In this document: positions 45,401 through 58,892 of the stretch, in pieces
How the letters are laid out: the number at the start of each line of letters is the position of its first letter
Numbering within the stretch: position 1 is the stretch's first letter
Assembly: GCA_029953675.1 (NCBI GenBank)
Contig: JAMWBK010000001.1
Coordinates: 3,596,001 to 3,660,000 of the forward strand
Source of the DNA: Rhodosorus marinus CCMP1338
Lineage: Eukaryota; Plantae; Rhodophyta
Length of the DNA stretch: 64,000 nt
Direction of reading: 5' to 3'
Made by a program: the position numbers and the translations under genes
Notes under the pieces: generated by a model
Database searches by the model: none
What the model was told of the DNA's origin: nothing
What the model saw: only the letters and a program-made list of their open reading frames with translations

Positions 45401-48400
45401 ATGGGGTACACTGCGGCTAGGTTCCAGAGCGAGATTCTATGCGACAACGAAGATGGAGCGATCGAGTTATTGGCGGAGACAAGAGCGGAGCTCGATCCTC
45501 TATCCAAGGCCATCTCGAAGAAGACCACACCGTCAAGACTTAGAAACAAAATTGCCGATCTCGCGAACGAGTATGCAAGCACCCTTACGGGCCTGGTAAA
45601 CGCGATGAACCGCAGCCAAACAAGAGAAAAGCTTCTTCTGGAGTTCCATTCCGAGCTTCTGGACTGGCTCAGATTCCTCGCGCCAGGCATCAAACTTTCG
45701 TCCGAAACAGAAGTGGAAAAACATGCCTGCAGCCTATGTCGGAGGTGCTTTGCCGCCTCATTTTTCCAACTGGGATGTCGAGTTGCTCAGAAAGCACTCT
45801 CTAGCCTGGAAAGTCTTCGGAAGCAGAAGGAAAACCATCCAAAACGTGCGGCTTCCAACGAGGATTTTTCCAAAGACGATAAAATGGTAACAAAAGAGCT
45901 CGCAGGAAGACGTTTTCTATAAGTCAAGAAGCCTCTAAAACGCAATTATGTTCATGTGACTCCAAAAGACTGTCCCATCGCTGTTATGCGTCCTCCTGGC
46001 CAGTCAATGTGAACTTCGGTTAAGTGGAGATGCACGAGATACAGCACGAAATCTTTCAGATGAACTTTCGACCTGTTCACGATCGAATTCCGAAGGAGTT
46101 GTGAAGTACGCGTCATCAGCTCGAAGAGCACTTCTTAGAATGGCCTCTGCTCAGTCTTCAGAGGTAAGGAACAGCTCTTCACGTTGAGACGGGTCCGCTT
46201 CGAAGGAATTGAACAACCCTTTCTGTCTGACGAAATAGAATGCGGCGCTTGAAGCCTATAAGACCCGCAGTGAAGCTCTCAATCTGATGGTGATGGAATC
46301 CTGTGGAGGAACGTTCGACTTGATTGGCTTCGCTGATCTCGCTCAAAAGGCTGCACTGAGTTATGAGAGAGCGAATATTGCACAAATCGACTATTCTGAA
46401 TTGATTCTCGGACAGTTGGAAGCAGTGAACGTTTTTGAGAAGCAGCTGGAGAGTTTGAGATCTTGTGAACAGCTCGCAGCTGAAGAGATCTCAGCATGGG
46501 TCGATTGGATGGTTCAGGTTATGCTCAAGTATGGACGCGTTAAGGAGGCGAAGAAGCTTGCTCGTGCGCATATCAGGCGCTTGGAATCTGCTCATCGAGA
46601 AGACCTCGGGAGTATCCTTGAGACTCAGATCCTGCTTTCCGTCGTGGATGAGAATGACTGGACTTCGATTATTGAGATTATTGAAGAGCTCCCGGTTCGT
46701 CCTGATAGTCCGAGCTTTGCGCTGAGGATCTGCAGATCGCTGGAGGTCTATAGACGGCAAATTTGTTCGAAAGCAAATTCGACTACTATAGAACAAAGAC
46801 ATGCGTTCCTTACCCACTATCTCAACCGGATCATCCCCCCTCTGAGCTCAGCCATGGACGAATCCACGCGCTATAAGTTGGTGAAATCGTCTGCAGCAGT
46901 TATGGAAGCTGCTAAACATCTTTGCGAAACCCGAGTTCATCTTTTCATAAAAAGCGAGAGCTCTGATCACAGCCACTATACCATCGATGTTGAGGAATGC
47001 TTCGAATATATCGGACAGGCCGTAGAGTTCGGTACGAGTACAGAAGTACCTAAGGAATGGAGAAAGTGGACTGCTTCTATACTCTACAACAACGCCGTCA
47101 TCCTGTATAATGCAAAAGTCGATTACGGATTGCCTTCAAGGATCCTTTTTAAAGCTATCGAATGGTCTGATGGTATGTTATCCCACACAAACTTCTGGTA
47201 TTTCTTCCGGTCATTGCGTTCTCTACACCTAGACTTGTAGTCTTCAATGACAGCTTGTTTGAAACTGACAAGGATTTGTATCCATCATCAATCAGATGAT
47301 GATCTACGAGCTCGAAGTCTTTTGCTTCAGATAAAGATCAGTACATCAGTAAGTCGTGAGATCTTTGAGGATGTTTTAGTCATGGCGATGGAGGACAGGT
47401 CATTAACTGAGGTGAGCATGAGCGCTGTACTTACTGCGATCGTGAAATCAATGACTTCGGCGGGAAAGGAAAGCACTGAGAGGGTGTTGAGAAGAGTATC
47501 GAATGGTAGTTTAGTCTCGCTTCTGAAGATTCAGCGGGCTCGTTGGAATGATCTTTCGCTGCATGGGATTCGCACCGCAGTCTGTGATGAGGCTGAGCGT
47601 CGAGAGGGTTGTGGTGAAGCAGATTTTGATCAGCTTGTCATCAGCGAAGAGAAGATAAGAGCTGCGCTGCTTGAAGGCGATGCTGCGGAGGTCCGAGCTC
47701 TTTCATATCAGCTGATCACCAGCATCAAGGAGGAGTCTCAAGGACGAGAACTTGAAGACTCGACAAAACTGGCCCTCGCCCAGGCGTATGCATACCGTGG
47801 GATCATGGATGGCGATAGCCGGAGTACGAATTTAGCAGTTCAGATTCTTCATGGGGTCTCCACTGATGACCGTGAGAAGGATCTTCAACAGGGAGTCGAT
47901 CAGCTCGCGAAAGTGCTCATGTTCATAGCAAAGTTGAGCCAGAACATGGTTTTCCTCGGACTTGCGGCAAGCGTCGTTCATGCACGTCTGGCGAAATCGA
48001 GTGCTCTCATTGAGCTCGCAGAGGTGGCAAGAATTCTTGGATTGGAAGCAAGAAGTGGACAACTCCTGAATCGGGTTGAACAGAAGTCAAAGTCCTACAT
48101 CGTCGACCTTGAGAAAGCGTTCGTATGTGTGACGAGGAAAGACTTCAACGAAGCGGTTGCGCTGGTCGAAGACCTTCCTAGAGCTAGAGACCCTCTCTTC
48201 AACGCACGGTACAAGTATCTGAGAGCAATCTTAGACCTTGAGAAGGAGGCCTATCCGGCTGCGGAGTCCGCCTTGATCGAATCCTTGAAGTTGCTTCTCG
48301 CAATCAGTAAGACAATCAATGCACCTGAGCATTCAAGAGGGCCTAAGCTGGTGAGAGCCCTGCTACTATTCCTTGTTCTGTTTTGGCGCTTCCTTCTCGT

Positions 48401-50581
48401 CAACCGATAAGTTAACTCACCCGATGATGGTCGCTCTCTTGCATCGTTTTTCTGTCAAAGAACATAGTTACGGTGTGTGGCATTGATATACCTGCCCCCA
48501 AGGGGTTGGATACCTCCGTATGGAACTTCGCGTACGTACTCTTGGAGATCTTGAGGACCTTATCTTGTGCAGAGGAGCATCTACACAACGTTCACGATGC
48601 CATCTATTACTTGAAGGCGGCTGCATCTGTTGCGAATGCGTACGGAGCGACTGCGGTGGCGGCACAGGTGTTTGCTGATGCTGCGGTGATTGCTGCTCGC
48701 TCCGGTAGTATGGATGACTCAGCGGCCTGCATTGAGTCTGCAAAAGCGTGCCTATCGAGCGGTAACTCGTCGAGATTAGAGCAGATCAATAGTGCGTATG
48801 TAGCGCTGCGCGAGGCGGATGTTTTCTTGCTCCGCAACGAGTTGGATTCTGCCAGCAACCTCGTGAGTTCCGCTCGCAAGGTGGTGTTCTCCCGTGGCGT
48901 CGATATACTTCTTGAGGACGAGTGGAAATTTGAACCGGAGAAAACCCCACGAGAGGCGGCGCTGGTCGGCAAGGACCGTATACATCACGGTCAACAACGT
49001 CGAAGCTCCGAGTTGATCCCTCCAGACGATTACCCGCAGGACTTGCTCGCGCGACGGTTAGAACACGAGGCAATTCTGCTTGAAGCTCGTTGTGATATCT
49101 TTGAAGGACGCGCAGAGAAAGCATTGAAGGACGTTGGAAAGCAGGTGGAAAATGGAGACGGATCGTCTTGCGCAATTCTCGTCCATGCCTTCAGATCGAG
49201 TCACGGTACAGCACTTGAGAAACAGATCGATGCGACGTGGAGAGCGAGGACGCGAGGTCCACGAAACAAGACGCTGGAGACCTATCGCCAGCTATTGCAT
49301 GATGCAGAGGGAAAGAGTCGCCTAGGAAGCTTGGATCAACGCCAGATGAGACTCTTGCTTGCGGAAACAAACGACAACCCAATTCACAACTTGCTCGGGT
49401 CCGTAGGAGTAACTGCGGGCCTTCGTTATCTATCTAAGAACGGCAGCAGTGACACATCGTCTCTTGAAAACGAGTTAGGATTGCTTTCTCTGGGTGATGG
49501 ACAACTGTTGCAACGGATTCAGGAGGCGCTTCCAGAGAAATGGAACGTTGCTGGCTTGGCTTTAACGAGCGACCGCACTCACCTCTTGGCGTATCAGATT
49601 CGCAAGCGCTCGACCAAAATCGAAAGAATTGCCCTACGGTCACGAAGCTACGAAGCGTTGAACGAGGAGTTTCAGAAGATCCTTGGCGACGCGAAGGGTA
49701 CGAGCATCACCGCGGCGACATCTGTAGATTTAAAATCCGAGGACAAGAAGAACTGGTGGCAGAGCCGGCATGATCTTGACAAGCGGCTTGAAGACCTGTG
49801 CAAAAGGCTGGAGAAATCATGGCTACAATCTTGCGTGGACATGGTCCTCAACCAGACTGGCCCCACGATCCTGCTTGCCGATGACTCACTTCAACCGTTT
49901 CCGTGGGAGATGATGCCTTCAGTTCAGAGGAGGCAGCAGCAAATCTCGAGGATTCCTTGTGCCGAAGTTCTTATCGGTGGACTGGAGGCACGCAGCTGGG
50001 AGCGACCAGTCAACGGAAATCAGAGCTACTTCGTTCTCAATCCGGGCGGTGACCTGACGAGAACCCAGGAGCGGTTTGAAGGGATGTTCCGACACGAGTT
50101 TGGATGGAATGGTGCTTCAGGAAAACAAGAGGCTCAACATCTTGCCAGCGCCGGGTTGAGATCGTCCATCGAAAAATGCGAAGTATTTGTATATTGCGGA
50201 CATGGTGCCGCGGAGTCTGTCCTTCCCACGAGAGAAGTGAAGAAGCTGAAACGCGCGCCAGTGTCGCTCTTATTTGGCTGCTCATCTGGGAGACTCGAGA
50301 AGAACGGTATGTACGATTGTTCTGGAACAGTCTTGGAGTATCTGGTGTCGGGTTCCTCTTGTGTCGTAGCAACCCTCTGGGACGTCACAGATAGAGATAT
50401 TGATCGATTCACAGAGGCTATGCTTCGGGATTGGATGACAGGCAAGACTGTTGCTCAAACGGTTCAGAACGCGAGATCGGCCTGCAAGCTCAAGCACATC
50501 GTAGGCGCCGCTCCTATTGTATATGGCATACCGAGTATGCAAATCACTCACCCAGATGGTGTTCACAGAAGACTTTTTTAA
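45401..50581 (+). CDS. ESP1: Separase (peptidase C50), multi-exon; 5' end approximate
   Basis: C-terminal WWQSRHDLDKRL, PFPWEMMP, YFVLNPGGDL, FVYCGHG (catalytic His), LFGCSSG (catalytic Cys), VVATLWDVTDRDIDRF. Upstream + strand ORFs 45401-45922, 46287-47240 and 47247-48410 fit the long helical N-terminus. Confidence 0.92.
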
Positions 50582-50832
50582 GTCGAAAAGAAGCCAGGGA
50601 TCTTCGACGAAGAACTGCCTTGAACCGTTAGCGAAAACTTTCGCCGTTGTGAATAACTTGCTTGAACTTATCATCGCTAATTAGCCTCATTTTTTAACTA
50701 CAAAGATATGTACATAACCAACATTTCCCGGATCATATTCCGGCCTAGTAGCCGTCTGCTGATACTTTTTAGGTCGTCAACTAAGTTCGCCACAAACGTC
50801 ATGAGTTGCAACACGAAGCTTCGCTGGTCACC

Positions 50833-53026
50833 TCACTCTTCCAGTTCAAGGCGAAAGTGCGTTTCAGGATTCACGAGTAGCTCGTCTTGCTTGTCTTCTT
50901 GTCCAATAATCAGCTCCTCTACTCGGCCCACGTCCACTGGGGATCCGACGAACATAGGAACCGACATTTCAAGACTCCTGCAGATGCCAACAGGAGCCAG
51001 GTACTCTTGTTAGTTTCTGCACGCAAGATCTCTTGAGTTGATTAGCGCGCGGCAGACATGCACATTGTGGGGCTTACCAGGAGTTAAGTTCGAGGACCTG
51101 GCGTTTGCCAACTGATGCCCTTCCCCCGGCTTGCCTCGCCAAGAAAGCCAACGGGGCAGCTACGCCGAGGAAGTGTGCCAAGTCGTTACCTTGAGGACCA
51201 GGCTTCATCAGGATACCGCCTTGCGTGAGGACTCGATGAAAGTTTGCAACGTCGTTATCCTCGTATCGGTAATATTTTACAATACGGTCGCTAGCTCCAG
51301 CTGCATCGCACTCCTCGACGTACTGCCTTACCGCCTCCTTCATCTGCGTTTGGTGGACAAAGAACAGGTTAGTTCCACAGATTAACCGAATAGAAGCATA
51401 CTCAACAAAATCGGCGGGACGGACTCACGTGACGGAGGTAAGTACAGTTGAGGCTGTAGACTGGCCCCATCTCAGGAATCTTCACGTGCTGATTCGAGAC
51501 AACAAAATGTCCCGAGACTGCATCCAGGATGAAAATATGCGTTCCGTACCCCATCGAAAGCACGAAAGACGTGTAGGAAGCATAGAAACAATATCCAGCT
51601 GCAACTTGCTCGTATCCAGTACGTGATAAAAGGTCCAGGGAGTCACCACTGTCGCCTGCATTGGACTTCCTGGAATATACTGAGAAGATTGTTCCCATTG
51701 TCCCGCCTTGAGACCCAACAAGCGGGTTGTAAACAACGATGTACTTGCCATCGGATCCAGATTCCAGAGGCATATTGGTCATGTACTGCGTGGAGTACAC
51801 CATACAGCAAAGTCCAGAAGCTGCTAGTGAAGCGTGCATCTGAGCGTTTGCAAACTCTACCAAAGCCGGAAAATCTGCATTCGACATATCGCGGAGGAAC
51901 GATCGAATGCACTTGAACGCAACACCAATTTCGGTCAGAAGGAGCGAAAGATCGTTGCTTCCATGCGGAAATCTTCTTTGAAGTTCCATGCAGAAGTGTT
52001 TGACACCGATCATTCGCTTATGCTTGTTTTCTTCCCTTAAGAAGTCCGGGAGCGGAACGCACTGATCGTCGTGTATAGACTCGCTACGACGAATGCCACT
52101 TTCGGCGCAAGCCGTCAGCGTCTCATTCATGATCTGCTTTGCCTGCTCCGTTGATATGGAGTATTCGTTTTTCAATGTCGTATTCGTTGGATTGACCTTC
52201 TTGCTAGTTAGTTTCCCGTCCATAACTTTTCTCCACGAATCGTGGCATTCCTTGACTATCTCCATCGCGTAGTGCGCGGGTTGCACGGTCTCCCTGAAAG
52301 CGAACAAGTTCTCAGGCTTCCCGTCTGGAATCTTGTACGTTCGAAACCAGGAAAATGTTGCATGCAGGAGTCCAGGCACCATCCTGGCGAGATCCAGAAT
52401 TTTCCGCACGTGCACAGCGCGAGGAAGCGTTCAGTTCCGGAATAGTGCCTCCCTTGGTGCTCTGCAATGGAACATGCGGAGCAGTCTCACCTCTTAAGAT
52501 CTTCGACGTTGTTAACCTGCTCTGCCAGGGGATCTCCTACTCGAATAACCAAGACCTTCCAATCCATTTCTCCTTCGTCAATCATTCCCAGTACACCGAG
52601 GACTTTGACCTGGTGAACCTGTCCGATATTAGCGATGGAAGAACCGATCTCGCATACATCCAAAGGGTCTCCATCTCCAAGTGCACCTGTCTCCATGTGG
52701 ACTTCTGATGGGTTCTCCCATGTCTGAGGAAAACATCCGTAGTTCCAAATGTAACCCTTATACGGAAACACGTCATGAACATACCTCTTCTTTCCTTTCT
52801 TCTTATCCTGAATGACTTGCGACAGAGGATCCCCGGTCTTCAGCTCCAACTTGGCATTCGTTTCTCTCGGGATCTCAACGACCATGTTGAGAATCCCCTT
52901 CTCCGCATCTGCGAAGAGAGGAATATCGTTCAGCGGATTAATCAACCCATGATCCTTTTTCTTAAAGAAGTACGTCTCCTCGTGGGATTCACCGCCAATC
53001 ACACTGTATTCGTCTTCAAACTCCAT
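50833..53026 (-). CDS. Family I inorganic pyrophosphatase fused to a C-terminal degenerate fructose-1,6-bisphosphatase-like domain (633 aa, 3 introns)
   Basis: Exons 53026-52491, 52383-51429, 51343-51078 and 50977-50833 total 1902 nt, in frame, with GT-AG introns. PPase motifs: EIPRETNAKLE, YIWNYGCFPQTWE, DGDPLDV, GMIDEGEMDWK, FRTYKIPDGK. FBPase-like motifs: GKYIVVYNPLVGS, GTIFSVY, QVAAGYCFY, VKIP..GPVYSLN, FHRVLTQGGI, APLAFLARQAGG, PMFVGSP. Confidence 0.9.
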
Positions 53027-54549
53027 ATTGTCATGGACAGGCCCTCCCACAAAAAAACAACTCTACTCTACAAACCAAAATTTCCCAAGACTTTGTGGCT
53101 GATCTACCCTCTCTATCCTCTTAAGCTACCGCTCTCTCAGACACCCAGTCCGTGTCACACCTCTTTCCTTCTTTTAAAAGCTTCAGAACAGAGAAAAAAT
53201 CAGCCCACCCAAACGACCAAATCCTACCCGACAGTTTTTTTCAAAGTTTCCATACGGCCACAACCGACCGGCTGATGTTACCTTCCGCACCATTGGCCTT
53301 TTACCAATCGCCCCGCAACCCCCAGTATGTATCTCCTCGGAAATATTTTTTTTGAGTTTCTATACGGCCACAGATCCCGCGGCTAATGACACTCCGCCTG
53401 GGGAACATTGGCCTTGACCGCCTTCCCCCTTTGGGTCCACCTAAAATGTTCTGTAAAACATACACCCATTCAGCCAACTCTGACGTGGAATATCATCCAC
53501 TCGAAGCGACAGCCTGTCAAAAACCTTTTTCGGAAAAAAAGAGCTGGGTTAAGTCTCCCTCGTCGGTCCACCCAATTCTATTTTGGTTAAACGTGGGTAT
53601 GGAAGCGGAATGTCCCGGCAGGTGGGACTGTCCCAGATGTTGTGCCTTTCTGGAAATCTTGACTACAGACAAGCCGGGCGAGAGTGTGAAATGTCGATGA
53701 TCAATATCGGCGCACTCGTTGTATTACTCGCTGCTCGTAATGTTCATGATAGGCTTATTGATGTAGAAGTGAACTCTCCCACATTTTGGATATATCACGG
53801 ATCCTTCTTCGCTCCCGAACTCAAGAGAGTGGTTTCATCGCGCTCGAAGTCAATATGGTGAGACAGAAAAGCAGTTTCGCTCGCCAGAGCCTTGCATTGG
53901 GGTTGGGTTCTAGATGGTGGTGACGTGTTGTGCAGGCGGTCACATAGCCTGCACTGAACTACAGGGTCGAGTCAGTTGCAACGACTAGAAGCTCTACTTG
54001 CGAATGACTAGATCTTCCTCACAAAGAACCAATTCGAGTTGCTTTCCCGAAGCGAAGCTGCCATAGCCGCCAACAGAAGGCGAGAACACTTCGTCTTCCG
54101 AACATACTCGTCTGCACCTCGGTTCGGGGAAGGGGAAGGCTCTCCGTGGTAGTTGGAGCAGTGGCTGTAACCTCTACAGAAGCAAAGGGACGTGCAGATC
54201 TTGGTTCTATGATTTTCCAAATTTTTACCAGACACAAAAAAGCTATTGTTGCAAATTAAAACTTCTCCACCTTCGACGCCCTCCCAGCTCAATCTTCGTT
54301 ACGTCCCAGCCACAGCCAAAAAAGGAAACAAACCCACACAATCCAAACCAAACCGAAACAGCGACGGGATGGGTAGTCTCTGTTCCCTCTATATGTCTTT
54401 TCCTCTCGACCTACTTTTCTAGTTCAATCCTGGCTACAATCTCTCCATAGCAACCAGACCCCACGATATGCTTCTGCGATTTCATTGGGCTACTTGCTAG
54501 GAAAGAGTTATTTATCGTCATCCCATTGAGGATACGCACTCTACAAAGT

Positions 54550-55776
54550 TTAGTTAGCGCTGAGCTGCGTTGCTACTCGTCGCTCTGCCTCATCATAAGT
54601 TACATACTCGCCGTCGTCGTACACTTGACAGTTAGAGACGATCTCGTCGCACAGTTTCAACGAGAATGATGTTTCGTTGATGTACTGTCCCCAATTCTTC
54701 TGGATGGACTCGTGAGCAGCCTTCAAGTTGTAGCTCGGGATTTTCGTAGACACGTGATGCGGAATGTGAACGTTGATATCGTGGCACAGAATCTCAATCC
54801 AACGCGGAAAGTCGCAGTGCACGGTTCCAGACAGTTGAGCCTTGGCTGCGTTCCACTCCGATTTGTCAGTAAACTGGATATGCGGAGCAGTGTGATGGAT
54901 CAAGGTGAACGCAGACATCCAGAAATGATATCCCAGCCACGGCATCAGCCAGAACTTCACGAAAGCCCAAGGGCCACCGAGGGCGAAAAGAGTTGGGAAG
55001 GCGATTCCGGCAAAGATGGCACAGCACAGCCAAGAAACCTTAACCTTGGGCAGCTGCTTCTCTGTGAACTTCTTCGGGTTGAAATGGTAGTTAACCCAGT
55101 GAAGAATTGAGAGCTGATACCACAGTGTCGTCCATATCAACTTGAGTACCTTGGCGACGGTCTTCGGGCGGCTCACCCCCCTGAACATGGACTTCTGAAG
55201 TGGCTGCCATGCATTGTCGGCCACGAACCCTTCTGGGTCGTCACGGTTGCGGAGCATGTTAGTATTCCTGTGGTGAATATTGTGCTGAATTCTCCACGGC
55301 TCGAACGGATAGATAAGCATCGATAAAGATACATTTCCGACGATGTCATTCAGCTTCTGGTTCTTCGAGAATGAGTTGTGCCCGGCATCGTGACCGATAA
55401 CGAAGATGCCAGTCGCTGCAGTACCCGCGAGAAACCAAGCGACCGGAAGAAGATACCACGGGGAGAAATGGATTGCTACAAGCGACAGAGGGACGGCCAC
55501 TGCCGTAACAAACACATGCAGCCATGACTTTCTCTCGTCAATCTCGAAAACCTCCTTAGGCATCGTCCTCACCACATCCGTCAAGGACACACCATCGGGA
55601 AGAACCTTGGCCGGTCTTGACCTGAAGGCCGACTCGTCTTCCGGAATCTTATACTGCACAGTCTCAACCGGTTTCGCTTCAATCACCGACCGAACCACAC
55701 GCGACCTTCTCGTGGTCTGAACTTTTCTAGACGTCATCACCCCGCCACATCCTCCAACAAATCCAAGAGAACTCAT
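54550..55776 (-). CDS. FAD6: Plastid omega-6 (delta-12) fatty acid desaturase
   Basis: Three His boxes (HDAGH, HNIHH, HIPHH); KFWLMPWLGYHFWMSAFT; transit peptide MSSLGFVGG from the ATG at 55776. Confidence 0.94.
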   Translation of the reverse strand: MSSLGFVGGCGGVMTSRKVQTTRRSRVVRSVIEAKPVETVQYKIPEDESAFRSRPAKVLPDGVSLTDVVRTMPKEVFEIDERKSWLHVFVTAVAVPLSLVAIHFSPWYLLPVAWFLAGTAATGIFVIGHDAGHNSFSKNQKLNDIVGNVSLSMLIYPFEPWRIQHNIHHRNTNMLRNRDDPEGFVADNAWQPLQKSMFRGVSRPKTVAKVLKLIWTTLWYQLSILHWVNYHFNPKKFTEKQLPKVKVSWLCCAIFAGIAFPTLFALGGPWAFVKFWLMPWLGYHFWMSAFTLIHHTAPHIQFTDKSEWNAAKAQLSGTVHCDFPRWIEILCHDINVHIPHHVSTKIPSYNLKAAHESIQKNWGQYINETSFSLKLCDEIVSNCQVYDDGEYVTYDEAERRVATQLSAN

Positions 55777-58123
55777 TCTTGCTGAAATACCAGCAACCAC
55801 CACACCCAAACAACCCACAACGATCGAGCTCCTCCGCCTTCCCGCACAACCCTCCGACCCAACCCTTTCCCACACCCAACTTTATATACCAGTCTCCCAA
55901 GGTTTTTACAAAGACAAGCAATCTTCCACGTTCTCACTTGCCAACCCCTCGTGCTACCAATCTCACCCTGACGCTACCCTGTCGTAAGAACCACTGCCCT
56001 TACCGCCGCCTTTATCCGAAATCATGCACCCCCGCACACTCCTACAGTCCAATGGAAGACCTGTTATTTTCCATCAAAAAACCCCCATCGATCGAAAATA
56101 AAAGAAATCCACATGTACTATTTATCTGTCACTATTCCTAAACATTCCATTTATTCAGTATTCAATCATTATCATGAAGAATATCAACCCTTTGCTCTTC
56201 CTATGGCGCAGTGCATTTTATGCCATAAAATAACCTAATTAGAGGTTAGATGATCCTGAAACAGTTGAAGTTAGCTTACCCTTGGAAAGATTAAAAGTCT
56301 CAGTCTTTCTTAAATATGTCTTTTGCTATTAATTTGCGTACAGGATCGATTGTGAGGTGACGCTTAAAAGATAAGTTTGAACAATAGCAATGGGTGGGGA
56401 GTTTTTTCCGTCAACGTGAGGCAGCTGGTTATCTTTCAGGGTTTTTAGATTTTTTAATGATTAAAAATTATGAGGAAACCCGATTGGCGGGAGGTGAAGC
56501 GCTCTTGATTTAATTAGAATTTGTAGAGAGATAAACAAATTGGTTGGATGAGGTCTTCAGGACTACAATCAATATTCTGTTACCAATAAATCGATTGGTG
56601 ATCGATACGAATAAAATCCTATGATCTGCCAGTAATGGAATGCTATCCACCCTTCATTGAGGCAGTTTTCAGTCAATATGGTATTGATGGAGTAAATGAT
56701 TGGATAGGCTATATATTAAAACGTAAATTATTTTTGATGGCTTTCTGTTAAACAAATTATCTGCTCTTGATCAATCAAATCATCCCACGTCTGAGTATCC
56801 AATCAATTTCGTACGCATGTATCCAAGTTTTGTTGAGAGTAAGTTCCATGGAAGCTCGATACCCGCTCAATGATTTGACGTCTTTTTTTTTTATTTACTT
56901 TCTTTGTTCTTTCTTTCCACTATTTTGGGGAAGGGGTTGGGGGGGGGGGCCGTTGAGGGGGCCGTTGAGGGGAAACGTTGAGTGGGGCCAAAAAAGGCAC
57001 GTTCTCGGAGGTGCAGACCTCCTCTTGTTGTCCGCCTTTCAAACCCCCCGCCTCCTGGCCCTGCCCGATCTGTGCAACTTTGAACGTATATAGAGTATTT
57101 TTCTTTTATTATTTGAAAATGAATCTGATTTTTCCTGCTTTTTCAGCTGGGGTATGTGGCACGAGCCTAGAAAATCCGTTTTGAGGGATTCCTGCTCCAA
57201 TTTTGTAGAGGTCTATCAACTTATGTGCTCGGAAGTGTATAAGTAATGGCTGTATATGTAAGGTATATAACCTACAAGACCTTTTTTTATTACTTGAAAC
57301 AATTTTAATATCGTTTGGAAGCGTTAGCGGCCACGGTCTAAAGATGATTAGTACAGAATACGAATAGTACTAATATCACTAATCGTGTTTGATTGAACTG
57401 AACGCATACATTGACTGGCCTCCGCAAATGCCAACAGCTGTATTGTGAATGTTGTACAAATAATTACTTTATATTGAAGGTATATATGTTATTTGTATCG
57501 TTTCAAATTATAAAAATTCGAACTTATAGGGTATATACGTTCAGGACAAATCTTAGCAGAACTATGGAGTGGTCAGTAGAACATTTACTTGGGCAAACTT
57601 TGTAAGATCGATCATCTTCAACTCGCCCTCAGGAGCCAGGCCACGAACTTCGACTTCAAAGTCGCTGGCTTGGCTCCTGAGGGCGACGATTCCGCGGCGC
57701 TCTAAGCAGCAGGAAGCAGCTCGGGAACGAACGGTTGTCGGTGCTTGCTGTGCTCACAGGCAGTGCATTGCGGGTAGGTGCGAACCTTACAACATGGAGA
57801 TTTAGATGTTCCGGATGCATGTCTGTCGAGAAGCATGGAGCGATATGGGTCCAAGCATAAGATAGCCGCCGGTTAGACATTTGACCGGCTGTGCCTCTGC
57901 TACAACGCATACAACGTGTTACACACATTCATTAGAAGAGAACTTCTGAATATATACATGTTGTCCCGTGGAGGGAGACGCTTCGAGCGTACGCGCTGAA
58001 TTCATGTTCAGCGGATATGCAGATTCATATCTGCTCCTCAACGGGTAACCAAACTGGCGGTGGAGATGACTCGAGCGTATACGCTGAACATGAATCTGCT
58101 CCTCAACGGTAACGGAACTGGCG

Positions 58124-58524
58124 GTGGAGATGACTCTTCAGCTTTCCATCAATCCATTTCATGATCATTTATTTAGAACCACACTAGGGGTAGGAAGAAA
58201 GGAATCAGGAATGCAAAAAAAACGACAATAGGAAAACGAAATAGGGAGGGTGTTCCCTCATCCTACCCACAGATAGGAAAGACACCGAAAACTTGTATGA
58301 GCAAAAAATACAAAAGGTGGTTCGTGGAGATGACTCTTCAGCTTTCCATCAATCCATTTCATGATCATTTATTTAGAACCACACTAGGGGTAGGAAGAAA
58401 GGAATCAGGAATGCAAAAAAAAACGACAATAGGAAAACGAAATAGGGAGGGTGTTCCCTCATCCTACCCACAGATAGGAAAGACACCGAAAACTTGTATG
58501 AGCAAAAAATACAAAAGGTGGTTC
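58124..58524. repeat. Two-copy ~200-bp tandem direct repeat, preceded by shorter nested duplications
   Basis: GTGGAGATGACTCTTCAGC...AAAAGGTGGTTC starts at 58124 and 58324; the copies differ by one A in a homopolymer. Confidence 0.95.
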
Positions 58525-58892
58525 GGTCCTAATTAAAAAGGCCCGAAAGCAAAAGGAAATCAAAACTTTGTGCAAGGGTTCCTTCCACCCTCTCTGAAAG
58601 CTGCTCGTTGAGAAGGGGATTCCCGCAAAAAAGGAAGAAACGTCAGAGGTCTTTTTTCCTCGCTAACGTTCCTCAAAACTCCTACACCTACCTATCCGAG
58701 AGTGAAGAATGAGATCTACGGACAAACGGATTATGTCCTTAGACCAGTTTTGGAAGGGGGCACAGACTGACCGATTCGCCGCTCTCTGAGGAATCAATCC
58801 TGTTCTCAACGATTATTTGTACAGTTTCGAGCGACGAACTCTTCGTTTGGAAGGCGGTGGTATTGTAAAGGTAGGAGGATTTCAGCACTAAC

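Noticed and set aside
8661-55776. Functional cluster of organelle and carbon-metabolism genes (MSH1, ABC1K, FBA, PPRs, FBPase-like, FAD6)
   Set aside because: Such genes are common in a compact algal genome, are interspersed with unrelated genes, and show no shared organisation.
57580-57790. Minus-strand fragment SQASDFEVEVRGLAPEGELKMIDLTKF as a peroxiredoxin N-terminus
   Set aside because: Only a loose resemblance, with no catalytic motif or continuation.
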